Shown in pieces: positions 1 through 10,212 of a DNA stretch of 59,671 nt (the first letter of the stretch is position 1; the number at the start of each line of letters is the position of its first letter). The stretch lies in IMG/VR virus record IMGVR_UViG_3300037833_000032, positions 1 to 59,671 of that record, one strand, 5' to 3'. A program made the translations under genes and the position numbers. The notes below the pieces were generated by a model. The model worked only from the letters and a program-made list of their open reading frames with translations, searched no databases and was not told where the DNA came from. Origin of the DNA: a virus. Its lineage: Duplodnaviria; Caudoviricetes.

Positions 1-3000
1 TTATTTTTCCTGCGATGTATTAAGCATATTCCATAAAACACGAGTAGCCGCAGCCATTCCAATCCGCCCATGCTTATTAAGCAATTTTGATACTTCCATT
101 TCTATCTCTTGAGCTTGTACCTCTTCATCCGGAGAAAGATAAATTACTTGATCGCGCTCTTGACCATTTAGCTGTGTTAAGGCAACACGAACAGAATCTC
201 CTTTTTGATGTCCTTTATTTGTTCTATTAAACATTACTGCTTCAACTCGAATGAACTGGGAGCATAAATTATGTATTTCTTGCTCATATTTATATGCATC
301 AGCATCACGCCATTTGGATGGTGGCATTGCGCACACAAGGTTACCTAAAGATTCTAACCACTTGTCTTCTGCCAAATTAGTATCGGCCAAACGTAAGCAA
401 AAACTTTTTAATCGCGCTTCTGTTACAAAGCTGGATAGTGATTTAGCTCTCGGTGCAAGTGATTTTCTAACAGTCTCAAATGAATCTTTTAATTGAAATT
501 CATTTTGAAGCTTTTCAAATATCCATTGGAGTAAAGATGGATATGAGCTGCGGAGTTCATCAATTGAATTTTTAACCCTTTCAGCAAATAGTTGTATTTC
601 ACTGAGATCCGCTTTATATCCTTGTCCAATAACCTTTAGCCCACAAGCTAAGGGTAAATCTCTAAAAATTAAGTTAGCCGGATCAAGAGCATTTACTAAA
701 GTTTCGCGAACTGCTATTGCTTGGGGAGTAAGCCGAGAAGTTTTTTGAACAAATGGTGATAGATTAGCTGCAAACACGACTAGCGGCTTCACAATATCTA
801 ATAAATCTACTCTAGTTTTCGGTAACAAATTTAAATTAAGCTCTTGTACTAATTTTTGAAAAAGTTCAGTGCGTATACTATTGACAGCATAGAATTGAAT
901 CTCAAACGTTTCAGGCGCCTTTATTAGTCTTAAAAAACTTGAACCTGTAATCCGTGGAATAAAAGAACCATCTTCATAAAGTGCTAGCTCCTGTTCATAT
1001 ACCACAGAAAATACTGCTAATAGCAAAGGAATCAAACCTTCTCGCACTCCATAAGGTGGTTTTTGTAATTCCTCAAAAATACTGTTTATAGGTACTCGAT
1101 TATCTACTTGCTTCTCTAGTAGTTGTTTTATTTTATCAAGAGTAGGTAATAAAAAACACCTTTGTTTATCTTCTTTTTCATTAGGAAATCTAACCTCCCA
1201 ATCCCCTACACCTGGCCAGTGCAAACCAGCAGCTAATAACACTGAAAGATACATTGACATTTCAGGCGGTTTTTTAGTCTTATCCATTCCAAGATAAGGT
1301 TTCTTAGGTGACTCAAATAACCGTTCAATAAGGCGCATACGTGCGCCAACTGCAGCAGATGATAAAGTCTTACGATTTATTAATTCATTGTGAATTCGCG
1401 GAGAAAGAAAGTAAAGCTCATCAAACACCTTAGAAAGAAAAGACATTACCTCTCTTCCAGTACGAATTTCTACTTGCTCTTTGGATTTGTAAAACCAACG
1501 CAAGCCATTTATACTATTAAAATTAGTTATTCCAATTAACGATTGAAGTTGCTCATCGAGAAGTAGCTGATGAGTGGCTAATTGCCTGGAAACTTCTTCT
1601 CTTGCAAAGTTGTCATGTTGTAGTTCGGGAACATTTCGCTCAATCCATTGCCAACATCTAAGCTCATCTACAATACTAATTAAACCGTGTAGTGGACGTG
1701 AAACTGCAATTAAGGTTTCGGAATATTCTTCCAATACGGCTGAAGTTGAGAAATTTACAGCTTGTTGAACATCTTGTAATGTTTCACACAATGGTATAAT
1801 AATTCTACCATCGGAAGGAGGCAATGTTTTAATTTTAATATGTAAATCTGATACTTTGACATATACAAGTCCAAAATATCGCAAATTTCCAGTTTTAATA
1901 TAATGTCTTCGAGCTACTAATGGACGGACATCTAGACGGTCATGGATGAATGAAGCAATATCTTGGATTGGGTCTAAAGCTTTTTTTGCATTGTAATAAG
2001 CCTTATCTAAGTCAATACTTGTATGAGGCCATAAGCTATAACCTCCTGATATGCCACGAAAATAAATTATATGCTTATCTTTAAGGTGTTGTAACGCTTC
2101 TTTAACATCTGCTTCGCCAGCAAATGAGAGTTCAATTATATCACTAGATGCTAATAAGTCATCAGCATTAATTACATTCAAAATGCCAATTGTTTTTAAT
2201 ATTTTTAACTCTAACTCGTCATTTCCTGAATAGGAAGAGATTATTGCTTCAATTGCTTTCCAATGGTTTCGATAACTTTGCAGAGATAAGCTGCTTCCAA
2301 AAACAGTACGAGCATAATCATAAAGGTTATGAATGCGAAAAAAAGTATTTCCAGAAGCATCTACAAAGTCTTGTAAGCCAAATGGTTCACTCCCTAGTAC
2401 AAAAGTAAATAAAGAGCGCTCGTTTTGACCAAAATGAGAAAAGAGCCGAACAAGCGGAGGTAGTACTGTTGGATGTAAAGGAAAGAACCTTTGAGCTAAA
2501 TCACTTAATGTTTTATTTGATGAAGTAGGTCCATACCAACGTAGCTTCAACGCTACTTCCATGTCTCTATTTGCTTGATCGATAAGATTTAAAGAAATTT
2601 CTTCAATCTGAACATTAAGAGCATTTGCTATCAATTCCGCAACTTGATCTACTGAATGATACCAAGCAATTTCTTCAAATCTACCTGCTACTTTTTCCCA
2701 CTCTCTCTGCTGACCTTTGGTTAAGCTTTCAGCATAATAGCTTACACCTTGATGTAAAAGTGCTAGAACAATTAATGGAGAAGTGCCACTTCTTGCTGCT
2801 ACTTCAGCTAAATTTTGCAACAGATATATATCTTGCTGATCAGGATACATGGCTGCAAATTCAAGGAACTTTCCTGCTTCGTCAATTATTAATATAAGAC
2901 CTCCCCAATCACTTTTACTTACAAAAGTATGTGCACTTTGTACCCATTTGATAACGGAGGAATCATTAACGGTGCCATTCTTTAAAGCTTCTTGAATTTC

Positions 3001-3432
3001 ATTTATCCAATTAGATGAATTATTAGATATATTTTGAAATGACCTAACCAAAGCCTTAGCAACTGCTCCACTAAGTGGTTCTCTTGAACCGGTAATAAGA
3101 ACAGGAAATAAAGGTTTAGGGTTTTGTGTTCCCCAGAGTTGCTTTAATAATTCTTTTGAATCAAATGTAAGTTTGCTGTTTTGATCGGAAAGTAAATGGG
3201 CAAGGAACAAAGCAAATGATGATTTACCTGAACCATAGTCACCTGTGATACGCCAAGCACGCAACCCAGAATTTGGTGATAATCCTGCTGATAACCTTTC
3301 TAAACTTTGTTTGGCTTGAGATGTAAGTACATAGTCATTTAGTGCAAGTGGATCATTCCAGTCCCTTTCTATATGTGTTGAGCGTAAAAAACGTCTCCTA
3401 ATATTAAATAAATTAGATGTAATATCAATCAT
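1..3432 (-). CDS. Large P-loop ATPase, SspC/BrxC-like (partner of DUF4007 protein)
   Basis: Walker A GDYGSGKS, Walker B LIIDEAGK, N-terminal RRFLRSTHIERD; directly downstream of the DUF4007 gene. Confidence 0.75.
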   Translation of the reverse strand: MIDITSNLFNIRRRFLRSTHIERDWNDPLALNDYVLTSQAKQSLERLSAGLSPNSGLRAWRITGDYGSGKSSFALFLAHLLSDQNSKLTFDSKELLKQLWGTQNPKPLFPVLITGSREPLSGAVAKALVRSFQNISNNSSNWINEIQEALKNGTVNDSSVIKWVQSAHTFVSKSDWGGLILIIDEAGKFLEFAAMYPDQQDIYLLQNLAEVAARSGTSPLIVLALLHQGVSYYAESLTKGQQREWEKVAGRFEEIAWYHSVDQVAELIANALNVQIEEISLNLIDQANRDMEVALKLRWYGPTSSNKTLSDLAQRFFPLHPTVLPPLVRLFSHFGQNERSLFTFVLGSEPFGLQDFVDASGNTFFRIHNLYDYARTVFGSSLSLQSYRNHWKAIEAIISSYSGNDELELKILKTIGILNVINADDLLASSDIIELSFAGEADVKEALQHLKDKHIIYFRGISGGYSLWPHTSIDLDKAYYNAKKALDPIQDIASFIHDRLDVRPLVARRHYIKTGNLRYFGLVYVKVSDLHIKIKTLPPSDGRIIIPLCETLQDVQQAVNFSTSAVLEEYSETLIAVSRPLHGLISIVDELRCWQWIERNVPELQHDNFAREEVSRQLATHQLLLDEQLQSLIGITNFNSINGLRWFYKSKEQVEIRTGREVMSFLSKVFDELYFLSPRIHNELINRKTLSSAAVGARMRLIERLFESPKKPYLGMDKTKKPPEMSMYLSVLLAAGLHWPGVGDWEVRFPNEKEDKQRCFLLPTLDKIKQLLEKQVDNRVPINSIFEELQKPPYGVREGLIPLLLAVFSVVYEQELALYEDGSFIPRITGSSFLRLIKAPETFEIQFYAVNSIRTELFQKLVQELNLNLLPKTRVDLLDIVKPLVVFAANLSPFVQKTSRLTPQAIAVRETLVNALDPANLIFRDLPLACGLKVIGQGYKADLSEIQLFAERVKNSIDELRSSYPSLLQWIFEKLQNEFQLKDSFETVRKSLAPRAKSLSSFVTEARLKSFCLRLADTNLAEDKWLESLGNLVCAMPPSKWRDADAYKYEQEIHNLCSQFIRVEAVMFNRTNKGHQKGDSVRVALTQLNGQERDQVIYLSPDEEVQAQEIEMEVSKLLNKHGRIGMAAATRVLWNMLNTSQEK

Positions 3433-3487
3433 GAAATTTTTTATAGGCTGTAGATGTTCTAAAATTATTTTTTAATTGAGCTAGTTT

Positions 3488-4414
3488 TTAAATGTAAATA
3501 TTAGCTAACATTTTAGCTTCTACATCTTCATCCTTATGATCATAATGTTTAAATACTCTTGGAAGAGCTGATGATGCTTGATAGTCTAATAATCCAAGTG
3601 AATCCTTAAAAATATTCTCTAACCTTTCCCTAAGGTCATTTTCGGAAAATTTAAAAATCTGCCCTACACTTCCTGGTAAAACCGTAATATCTCTGAAAGA
3701 AAGGGTGGCTTCATTCAATCGATTTAAACGCCAATAATCATAAATGCAATAAGCAAGCAGCTCTCCTGTAATATCAACTTTATGGTCGCGACGATAAGCA
3801 TAGATGGTTTCACGACGCCCACTGTCCCCAGCTGTCCGCTCACCTATAGGTATTAGCAAACGCAATTCCGTAAGTGGGCAATCTAAGTTATCTTCTAACA
3901 CTTCCCCTTTTCTTCCTCTGGTCGGTACATAGGTGTGTAAAAAAACGTCAAAATGTTGTTCAAGAGTAACTTTTGATAAAGGGCGCTCTTGTTTTTGAGC
4001 TTCGGCTTGAAATGCTCGAATTACCTCAGTGCGGGTAAGCTCGGGGGAGTGCCATTTGTTTAGTAAGAAATGCCAAGCAAACATTGGCTCCTCAACATGA
4101 GAAGACATTTTCCAATGTAATAACCATAAGGTACGTATATCTTCTAAATAAGGGTCAAGACCATTTTCATCTAATATAGCATTTCCTAGAGGTGTCAAAA
4201 TATATCCCTGTTTGTCGGATGATAATTTGGCAACACCCATTAGTTGTACCCAAAATCGTATTGCTCGAACCATATTTTTACCCACACCAAGTTGAACCAT
4301 TGCACTATCTTCATCTTTAAAAATAAAAGGATCTTCTTTTAGGGCATTGTAGGCTTTGGGAAGCCAAGTGTAACGACATGGAAAAGATTCATGGCCTGAA
4401 AAACGAAAATCCAT
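3488..4414 (-). CDS. DUF4007 family protein (SspB-like)
   Basis: N-terminal FSGHESF..RYTWLPK, LGVGKNMVRAIRFW and DPYLED..TLWLLHW motifs. Confidence 0.85.
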   Translation of the reverse strand: MDFRFSGHESFPCRYTWLPKAYNALKEDPFIFKDEDSAMVQLGVGKNMVRAIRFWVQLMGVAKLSSDKQGYILTPLGNAILDENGLDPYLEDIRTLWLLHWKMSSHVEEPMFAWHFLLNKWHSPELTRTEVIRAFQAEAQKQERPLSKVTLEQHFDVFLHTYVPTRGRKGEVLEDNLDCPLTELRLLIPIGERTAGDSGRRETIYAYRRDHKVDITGELLAYCIYDYWRLNRLNEATLSFRDITVLPGSVGQIFKFSENDLRERLENIFKDSLGLLDYQASSALPRVFKHYDHKDEDVEAKMLANIYI

Positions 4415-4444
4415 AGTGCAAGTAGTAAGGGCAATTAAAAATGA

Positions 4445-4518
4445 TATATTTGTTATAAATTAATATAATAGCAAGCTGCTTTATGCTTGACTGTATATAT
4501 TAATTATATACAAATATA
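4445..4518. promoter_or_regulatory. Oppositely oriented Bacteroidota -7 promoter elements
   Basis: TATATTTG at 4445-4452 (+) and CAAATATA at 4511-4518 (TATATTTG on -) between the divergent genes. Confidence 0.5.
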
Positions 4519-4545
4519 AGGTATGTTACAAATTATCTTAAAGAT

Positions 4546-5727
4546 ATGTCAGAAATCATTTATCTAGACAATCATGCTACTACACCCTGTGACCCTAGGG
4601 TTGTAGAAACTATGCTGCCTTATTTTACTCAATACTTTGGAAACTCATCAAGCCCACATCTATTTGGCAATACTGCTGCAGAAGCTGTTAAAAACGCCAG
4701 AACTTTTGTAGCTTCTCTAATTGCAGCAAATGATGAAGAAATTATTTTTACTTCTGGAGCAACAGAAAGTAATAACTTAGCTATTCTTGGCACTATTAAT
4801 CAATTTGTAAAGCTAGGGGGGCACCCCCAACGTATTGTAACTACATCTATTGAACATAAATCAGTGTTCGAGCCATATCAACACTTAGCAAAATCTGGTT
4901 GGGACGTAATAATATTACCTGTTGATAAATATGGAGTGATTAAGCTGGAAGCAGCTGAGAAAGCCATAAATGAAGAGACATTACTTGTATCCGTGCAATT
5001 AGCTAATTCAGAGATAGGTACAATTCAACCCGTAAATGAAGTAGTAAAATTAGCTCGTAAATATGGTGCTTTAGTTCACTCAGATGCTTCCCAAGCTGTT
5101 GGTAAAATACCTATTGATGTGGGTGCGCTTGGAGTTGATTTACTTTCTTTTAGCGGACATAAGATGTATGGACCTAAAGGAATCGGTGCGCTTTGGGTTA
5201 AAGGCGGAGTAAAACAGCTACCTATATCGCCATTATTTACAGGTGGCAATCAAGAATGGGGTCTGAGACCTGGAACATTGCCAGTACCTCTTATTGTAGG
5301 ATTTGGAATCGCATGTAAATTATGTCAAGAAAATCAAATTGAAGAATCGAAAAAAATATGCTTACTTCGTGATTCTTTAGAAAGCCAACTTTTAACTATA
5401 ATAGAGAACCTGCAAATAAACGGATCTAAAGAGAATAGGCTTCCCAATAATAGTAATATAACCTTCTTCAATATTGATGCAGAGGCTTTGCTAGCAAATT
5501 TACCAAATCTTGCTATCAGTACAGGATCAGCTTGTGAATCAGGAAGTCTTGAACCTTCTAAAGTATTACTAAGTATTGGATTATCATATGAAGATGCTTT
5601 TTGTACACTTCGATTTGGCTTAGGGCGGTTTACAACTCAAAATGAAGTTAATTTAGCAGTTACATCTATTGTAGATGCACATCAACAAATAGAGACGTTG
5701 TTAAAAGAAAAAATTACTCAAGTGTAA
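4546..5727 (+). CDS. Cysteine desulfurase (IscS/DndA/SspA-like)
   Basis: YLDNHATTP, FTSGATESNN, PLP lysine SGHKMYGPKG, catalytic STGSAC. Confidence 0.93.
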   Translation: MSEIIYLDNHATTPCDPRVVETMLPYFTQYFGNSSSPHLFGNTAAEAVKNARTFVASLIAANDEEIIFTSGATESNNLAILGTINQFVKLGGHPQRIVTTSIEHKSVFEPYQHLAKSGWDVIILPVDKYGVIKLEAAEKAINEETLLVSVQLANSEIGTIQPVNEVVKLARKYGALVHSDASQAVGKIPIDVGALGVDLLSFSGHKMYGPKGIGALWVKGGVKQLPISPLFTGGNQEWGLRPGTLPVPLIVGFGIACKLCQENQIEESKKICLLRDSLESQLLTIIENLQINGSKENRLPNNSNITFFNIDAEALLANLPNLAISTGSACESGSLEPSKVLLSIGLSYEDAFCTLRFGLGRFTTQNEVNLAVTSIVDAHQQIETLLKEKITQV

Positions 5728-5739
5728 TATTCTTAGTTA

Positions 5740-6366
5740 TTACATGGCCTTTTTGACTTTCCGCACAGTTTTAGGAGTAATTGAGTGGATCTTGGCTACT
5801 TTCACAACAGGAATGCCTTTTTTTAAGTCTCTAGCTACACCAGCATATTCCTTCAAGTAATCTGTTTCTGTTTTACTACTACCTTTAGGTCTACCAAGTG
5901 TTTTGCCCCTTTTTCTGGCCTCAGCTAACCCAGAATGAATGCGTTCTGATAATTTAGTTGTCTCCTGTTTATAGATAGAGGAAAAGACAGTGTATAATAT
6001 CTCTCCTACTATAGAAGCCTTGCCTTCCGGAGTAAGTGTTTCAACTCCCATATCTTGACTAAGAATGGATACTCCATAGGCATGGAGTTCTTCTAAAAGT
6101 TTTACATTTTCTAGGGGGTTACGGCCTAGCCTGGATACTTCTGTAGTGAGTACTTTTTGTATATCTCTATTCTTAGCCAGGTAAAGCAACTCTTGTATGG
6201 CTTGTCTATCTTCATTCTTTTTCTTTGAGCCAGATTCTTTTGCAGTCAGAGTAGCAACAATTTCAAAATTGTGTTTTTCCGCTAACTTGGTTAAGTCTGA
6301 AATTTGGCGGGAGTAGTCTTGGCTCTTTGTGCTCACACGGGTAAAAATAGCTACTGGTACTCTCAT
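5740..6366 (-). CDS. Serine recombinase (resolvase/invertase)
   Basis: FTRVSTKSQ catalytic Ser, EVSRLGRN, GKTLGRPKG, C-terminal HTH. Confidence 0.92.
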   Translation of the reverse strand: MRVPVAIFTRVSTKSQDYSRQISDLTKLAEKHNFEIVATLTAKESGSKKKNEDRQAIQELLYLAKNRDIQKVLTTEVSRLGRNPLENVKLLEELHAYGVSILSQDMGVETLTPEGKASIVGEILYTVFSSIYKQETTKLSERIHSGLAEARKRGKTLGRPKGSSKTETDYLKEYAGVARDLKKGIPVVKVAKIHSITPKTVRKVKKAM

Positions 6367-6563
6367 TTGTTAATGGGTTTGTCGGTTGGAACATTTTCTA
6401 AATACTTTTCAATAGGAGAGCTTTTGATCTCTTCTTTCCTATCTAAAGTAACGGCAAGTATAATTTGCTTTTCCTTAATATAAAATTTGGCTAGGGCAAT
6501 GGCCATTAAAATTTGTCTCTCAGAAAAATACATTTTTTGCTGGTTGATCTATTGAATTATATT

Positions 6564-6689
6564 AAAAAGTAGGTAAAAATAACAAGTGATTTTCGTACCT
6601 ACTTTTTTGGGTAGTAAAAACTGGCATAGCCCAGAAATTTGACCCGTCAATTTTCCCTAAAATTACTAACCTTTTTTTTACCTACTTTT
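6564..6689. promoter_or_regulatory. Putative res/operator site upstream of the resolvase
   Basis: Inverted repeat AAAAAGTAGGTA (6564-6575) / TACCTACTTTTT (6596-6607), with a third copy TTTTTACCTACTTTT (6675-6689). Confidence 0.55.
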
Positions 6690-6802
6690 CTCTAATCGCC
6701 CAGAATAATTGAGCAAAAATTACATGCTCAGAAAAGTAACTATTTTCAACTAAGTAGAAAATTTCAAATGGGGAATTTGCAGGTGTTTACTTCCCAATTC
6801 CA

Positions 6803-7216
6803 ATGTACCAATACGAAAAACTCCTAACAAGAAATCAGATACAAGAATCTGAGTTACCTGCCGAAATCAAACAGGCAATTGCAAAGCTGCTTCAATTAGA
6901 TTATGAGCTTGACGAAGAAGAGGATGATGCTGAAATTAAGGATTTGACCGCACAAATTAAATCATTAGATAAAGAACTTGTTGAACTTATCACAGAATGG
7001 GCTGATGACGAGTCAGATGAAGACTTACCTATTGAAAAGGTAAAGGAGAATATTTTAGCTACTTACTATCGCAATGGGTTAAGTAAAATTAAATTATCTC
7101 AGCTTAAACAAGCAGGTTATAAAATTCCTGTAACAAGTAAGTGGACTGAAAGAATTGGTGCTTTTAAGATAGAAAAGAACCTGTTTGCTGATTTTGCCAC
7201 ATTAACCAAGATATAA
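6803..7216 (+). CDS. Hypothetical acidic protein
   Basis: 137-aa ORF heading the + strand operon. Confidence 0.7.
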   Translation: MYQYEKLLTRNQIQESELPAEIKQAIAKLLQLDYELDEEEDDAEIKDLTAQIKSLDKELVELITEWADDESDEDLPIEKVKENILATYYRNGLSKIKLSQLKQAGYKIPVTSKWTERIGAFKIEKNLFADFATLTKI

Positions 7217-7277
7217 ACCCGATGATTGCGCCGGAAGCGAAGCTTCACGTAGGAATTGTCAATGTCAGATTCATATA

Positions 7278-7655
7278 ATGTCAATATTCACAAAGATTGG
7301 GGATGCACAAAAGTTTTTTAAGGAAGCAGGTATAAATTTAGAATCCATCTTTGATCTGTTTACCGGGAAGGCTACCGGAAAGAAAATTGCACAAACCGTA
7401 ACACCCTTATTAATAAAAATTTCTCCTGCTATCGGTAAAGCCATTGATCATCTGGAAACGCAATATGCTGATAAGTGCTATTTAGTTATTTCCAAGGAAC
7501 AAGACGAACAAGGCAGGCCACTGGAGGCACTAAGTGTATGTAAGCTCAACCCTCAAAACGGCCAGATAGAATTTTTAGAAACTATACCTTTTTATCAAGT
7601 GGCTAATTATATCACTGATAAATTAGAAACTCACGAGCAAAAACTGCTGGCTTAG
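7278..7655 (+). CDS. Hypothetical protein
   Basis: 125-aa ORF in operon. Confidence 0.7.
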   Translation: MSIFTKIGDAQKFFKEAGINLESIFDLFTGKATGKKIAQTVTPLLIKISPAIGKAIDHLETQYADKCYLVISKEQDEQGRPLEALSVCKLNPQNGQIEFLETIPFYQVANYITDKLETHEQKLLA

Positions 7656-7710
7656 ATCATAAGGGCAACAGTAAAGCTCCATTTCTGCCATTTAATAATT
7701 TCAACCTGCT

Positions 7711-8187
7711 ATGTTAAAAATGTACCCAACTGAGGCACAGAATTCAGTTTACACAAAGAAATTAAATATTGTCCGTTCTATTTCTTCAGTATCCTTAAAT
7801 AAGGAATATTGGGAACCTACAATCACAAATTCACAAAAGCTATTTGTAGCAACCAATAATTACATACAATCCTGTGTCAGCGTTTTGTTGGAAGTTCCTA
7901 TTTCTTCTATCCGCAATTCAAAAAAGTTAGTGGCTGCTTGTAATGCGAGAATGGTTTGTTGGTACATTCTTAAACAACGTTCCGGAATGTCCATACGGCA
8001 AATTGCTCACCTGTATCAAGCGAATGTAAGTATGGTACACCGCAAAATTAAGCTCATGAGCTTTTATTATGAAAGAGGAATTTACCCGGAGTACAATATG
8101 ATCATTGACTTAACCAATGTGGCACTGGATGAAAAAGTAATGCTATCCTATTATGAAAAACAAGTACAACAAAACGAGCAAGCCTGA
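7711..8187 (+). CDS. DnaA C-terminal (domain IV)-like HTH protein
   Basis: ARMVCWYILKQRSGMSIRQIAHLY..NVSMVHRKI resembles the Bac_DnaA_C pattern. Confidence 0.6.
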   Translation: MLKMYPTEAQNSVYTKKLNIVRSISSVSLNKEYWEPTITNSQKLFVATNNYIQSCVSVLLEVPISSIRNSKKLVAACNARMVCWYILKQRSGMSIRQIAHLYQANVSMVHRKIKLMSFYYERGIYPEYNMIIDLTNVALDEKVMLSYYEKQVQQNEQA

Positions 8188-9325
8188 TAAAAAAGCTGCA
8201 GCTGCCAGGGAAACCAGAGATATTTTAAAACGATTGGCTAACCCTAAAAAGATATTGGAACAAGAAGCTGCCAACAACAAAAAAGGAGATTTCCAAACGG
8301 AACTCAATGCAGACTTATTAGCAGGTCCGGAAGGGCCAGATATTCAACCTGAAGCAAAGCAACAGCAACACTATGAGCCAATAATCAATCAGACAATGGA
8401 CATAACTGAGAAAAATGAGTCGGTGACAACAGAAGTAGTGACTGATGAGCCTAAGAAAACGGATATAAACTTATCTGATAGTGGTTTTTTTGAGCCTGTT
8501 ATTGAAAGAGAATATGCAGAAAAACCACAAACGGGAGCCAATGCGAATGGAGGGCGAAGCACCTCCAACTTGTCGGCAGATCTGGTTCCAGAAACACCAA
8601 AGGCAGAACCAGTAGTTGAAATAGAAAAGCCCAAAATACTCTTTGCTCCGAAACTGACCTTAAAAACAGATGATACCTATAAAAAGGTAATGGGTGATGA
8701 AACACCCACAGCTAATCTGGAAGTAGATACTGCTACCGATAACATTCCTGCCATGCAATTTCAGGAAGCTACTTTTAATTTAGCTGATGATGCACCAGGA
8801 CTTGGTAGACAAATGGGGGAACAAGCAGGTAACACTACTTCCGAATGGGCATTTGGCATGCTTGAAAACTTCTACCCGGAAGTAGTGGCTTTTTTTACCA
8901 AGATGCCAACCGACTGGATTGAAAAAGCAAAACTTCCTAATGCTTTAGAAGCTGATACACTTGGGAAAATTCTGGCTGCTAATGCCCGCAACAAAAACAA
9001 GGTAAAAATATCAGACTTCCATAAAAAGAACATTTTGCCACCTCTGCAAAGGATACTTGCTAAAAAAGGCTGGGAAAATGTAATGCCGGATGAACTGCTG
9101 CTTGTAATCGGCCTGGTGGTACTTGCTGCCGATTCATTCTTTAAAATACAAGAAATCAAGAAGGAAAATAAGGTACTGGAAAAGCAGATTAAGCAGAAAA
9201 TTCAGGAGTATATTGATATACGCACAGAAGAACGAAAAGAGATAGACTCCCTGAAAGGCGAATTAACAGAAATGAGAAACTTCTTTGCTAATATGAAGGC
9301 TGCTCAACAACCTGCTGCTGCCTAA
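8153..9325 (+). CDS. Membrane protein with long acidic low-complexity N-terminus, preceding the ATPase
   Basis: TM segment PDELLLVIGLVVLAADSFF followed by a coiled coil. Confidence 0.7.
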   Translation: MKNKYNKTSKPDKKAAAARETRDILKRLANPKKILEQEAANNKKGDFQTELNADLLAGPEGPDIQPEAKQQQHYEPIINQTMDITEKNESVTTEVVTDEPKKTDINLSDSGFFEPVIEREYAEKPQTGANANGGRSTSNLSADLVPETPKAEPVVEIEKPKILFAPKLTLKTDDTYKKVMGDETPTANLEVDTATDNIPAMQFQEATFNLADDAPGLGRQMGEQAGNTTSEWAFGMLENFYPEVVAFFTKMPTDWIEKAKLPNALEADTLGKILAANARNKNKVKISDFHKKNILPPLQRILAKKGWENVMPDELLLVIGLVVLAADSFFKIQEIKKENKVLEKQIKQKIQEYIDIRTEERKEIDSLKGELTEMRNFFANMKAAQQPAAA

Positions 9326-9339
9326 TGCATTTAATGTAA

Positions 9340-10212
9340 ATGAGAGAAGCACAGTTAATGATTGCTACCGGGCAAATGGGAGTGGGTAAGAGTTTTGTAA
9401 CTAACCAACTCCTATCTGCTTATGAGAAGTCAGGTAGAAAAATTGTAATTTTTGATCCAAACAATGAGGATATATACTACCGGTATAAAATGCTTCATTT
9501 TGATATTTTAGAAGTAGAAAGGGCAAAAATAGAAGAGAGAAAAAAGCATACGCGAATTATTACAAAATCTGAAAAGAACATTCAGGGATTGCCTAATTCA
9601 TGTGTTGTTCGCATACCTCCTTTTACTATTTATGGGGATAAGATGAATACTTCGCAAATGAAGCTCACCATGTGTGTACTCCTGGAGAACTTCAGAGGTG
9701 GCTTAGTTTTCTTAGAAGATGTAAATAAATACATATCCAACTTTGAGAGAGAAGGAATAAAAGGAGCTTTTAAGGCAATCCGGCACCAGAGCCAGGATAT
9801 TATAATGCACATGCAATCCCTTTCACCGCTTCGTCCTATACATTTTGAAGCGGCAAGTGTAATCCGGATGCATTATGATGGATTTGATGTGGCAAAAATC
9901 AAAGACAGACTTGGTAATAACTATGTCTTACTAAAAATTGCCCAACTAATTTGTGAAAATGAGTTTTTAAATGGCAATACCAGGTTTTTCTGCTATATCC
10001 ATTTAAAGAAAAGGCAAATCAAAGGTATATCATCGGTACAATTCAACAAAGCATGTTTTCACTTCCTGACTTCACATCGGGCAGAGTTCCGAGATTTAGC
10101 TTTTAATATTGCTCACAAAGCTGGACGTAATTCCCCACTTCACCAGGACAATGAAAAAGCAATGAGGGAATGGATAAGCAAAAACTCATTCATGTTTGGA
10201 CTAAATCTTTAA
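9340..10212 (+). CDS. FtsK/HerA-superfamily ATPase, A32-like putative genome packaging ATPase
   Basis: N-terminal Walker A GQMGVGKS, IVIFD, Walker B LVFLED, IRHQSQDIIMHMQS (Arg finger RH plus sensor Q); 290 aa stand-alone. Confidence 0.7.
   Translation: MREAQLMIATGQMGVGKSFVTNQLLSAYEKSGRKIVIFDPNNEDIYYRYKMLHFDILEVERAKIEERKKHTRIITKSEKNIQGLPNSCVVRIPPFTIYGDKMNTSQMKLTMCVLLENFRGGLVFLEDVNKYISNFEREGIKGAFKAIRHQSQDIIMHMQSLSPLRPIHFEAASVIRMHYDGFDVAKIKDRLGNNYVLLKIAQLICENEFLNGNTRFFCYIHLKKRQIKGISSVQFNKACFHFLTSHRAEFRDLAFNIAHKAGRNSPLHQDNEKAMREWISKNSFMFGLNL
9664..9906 (+). repeat. Direct repeat copy 1 (243 bp, internal to the ATPase gene)
   Basis: Matches 18650-18892 with one mismatch seen (GGA vs GAA). Confidence 0.95.

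Noticed and set aside
7219-7265. GC-richer intergenic stretch as a ribozyme or riboswitch
   Set aside because: I could not match any known consensus by eye; an Infernal/Rfam scan would be needed.
9340-10212. Conjugative VirB4/VirD4 or inovirus Zot ATPase
   Set aside because: It is too short and has no TM segment, and no relaxase or T4SS genes are present; the motif layout fits the A32-like clade better (not proven).
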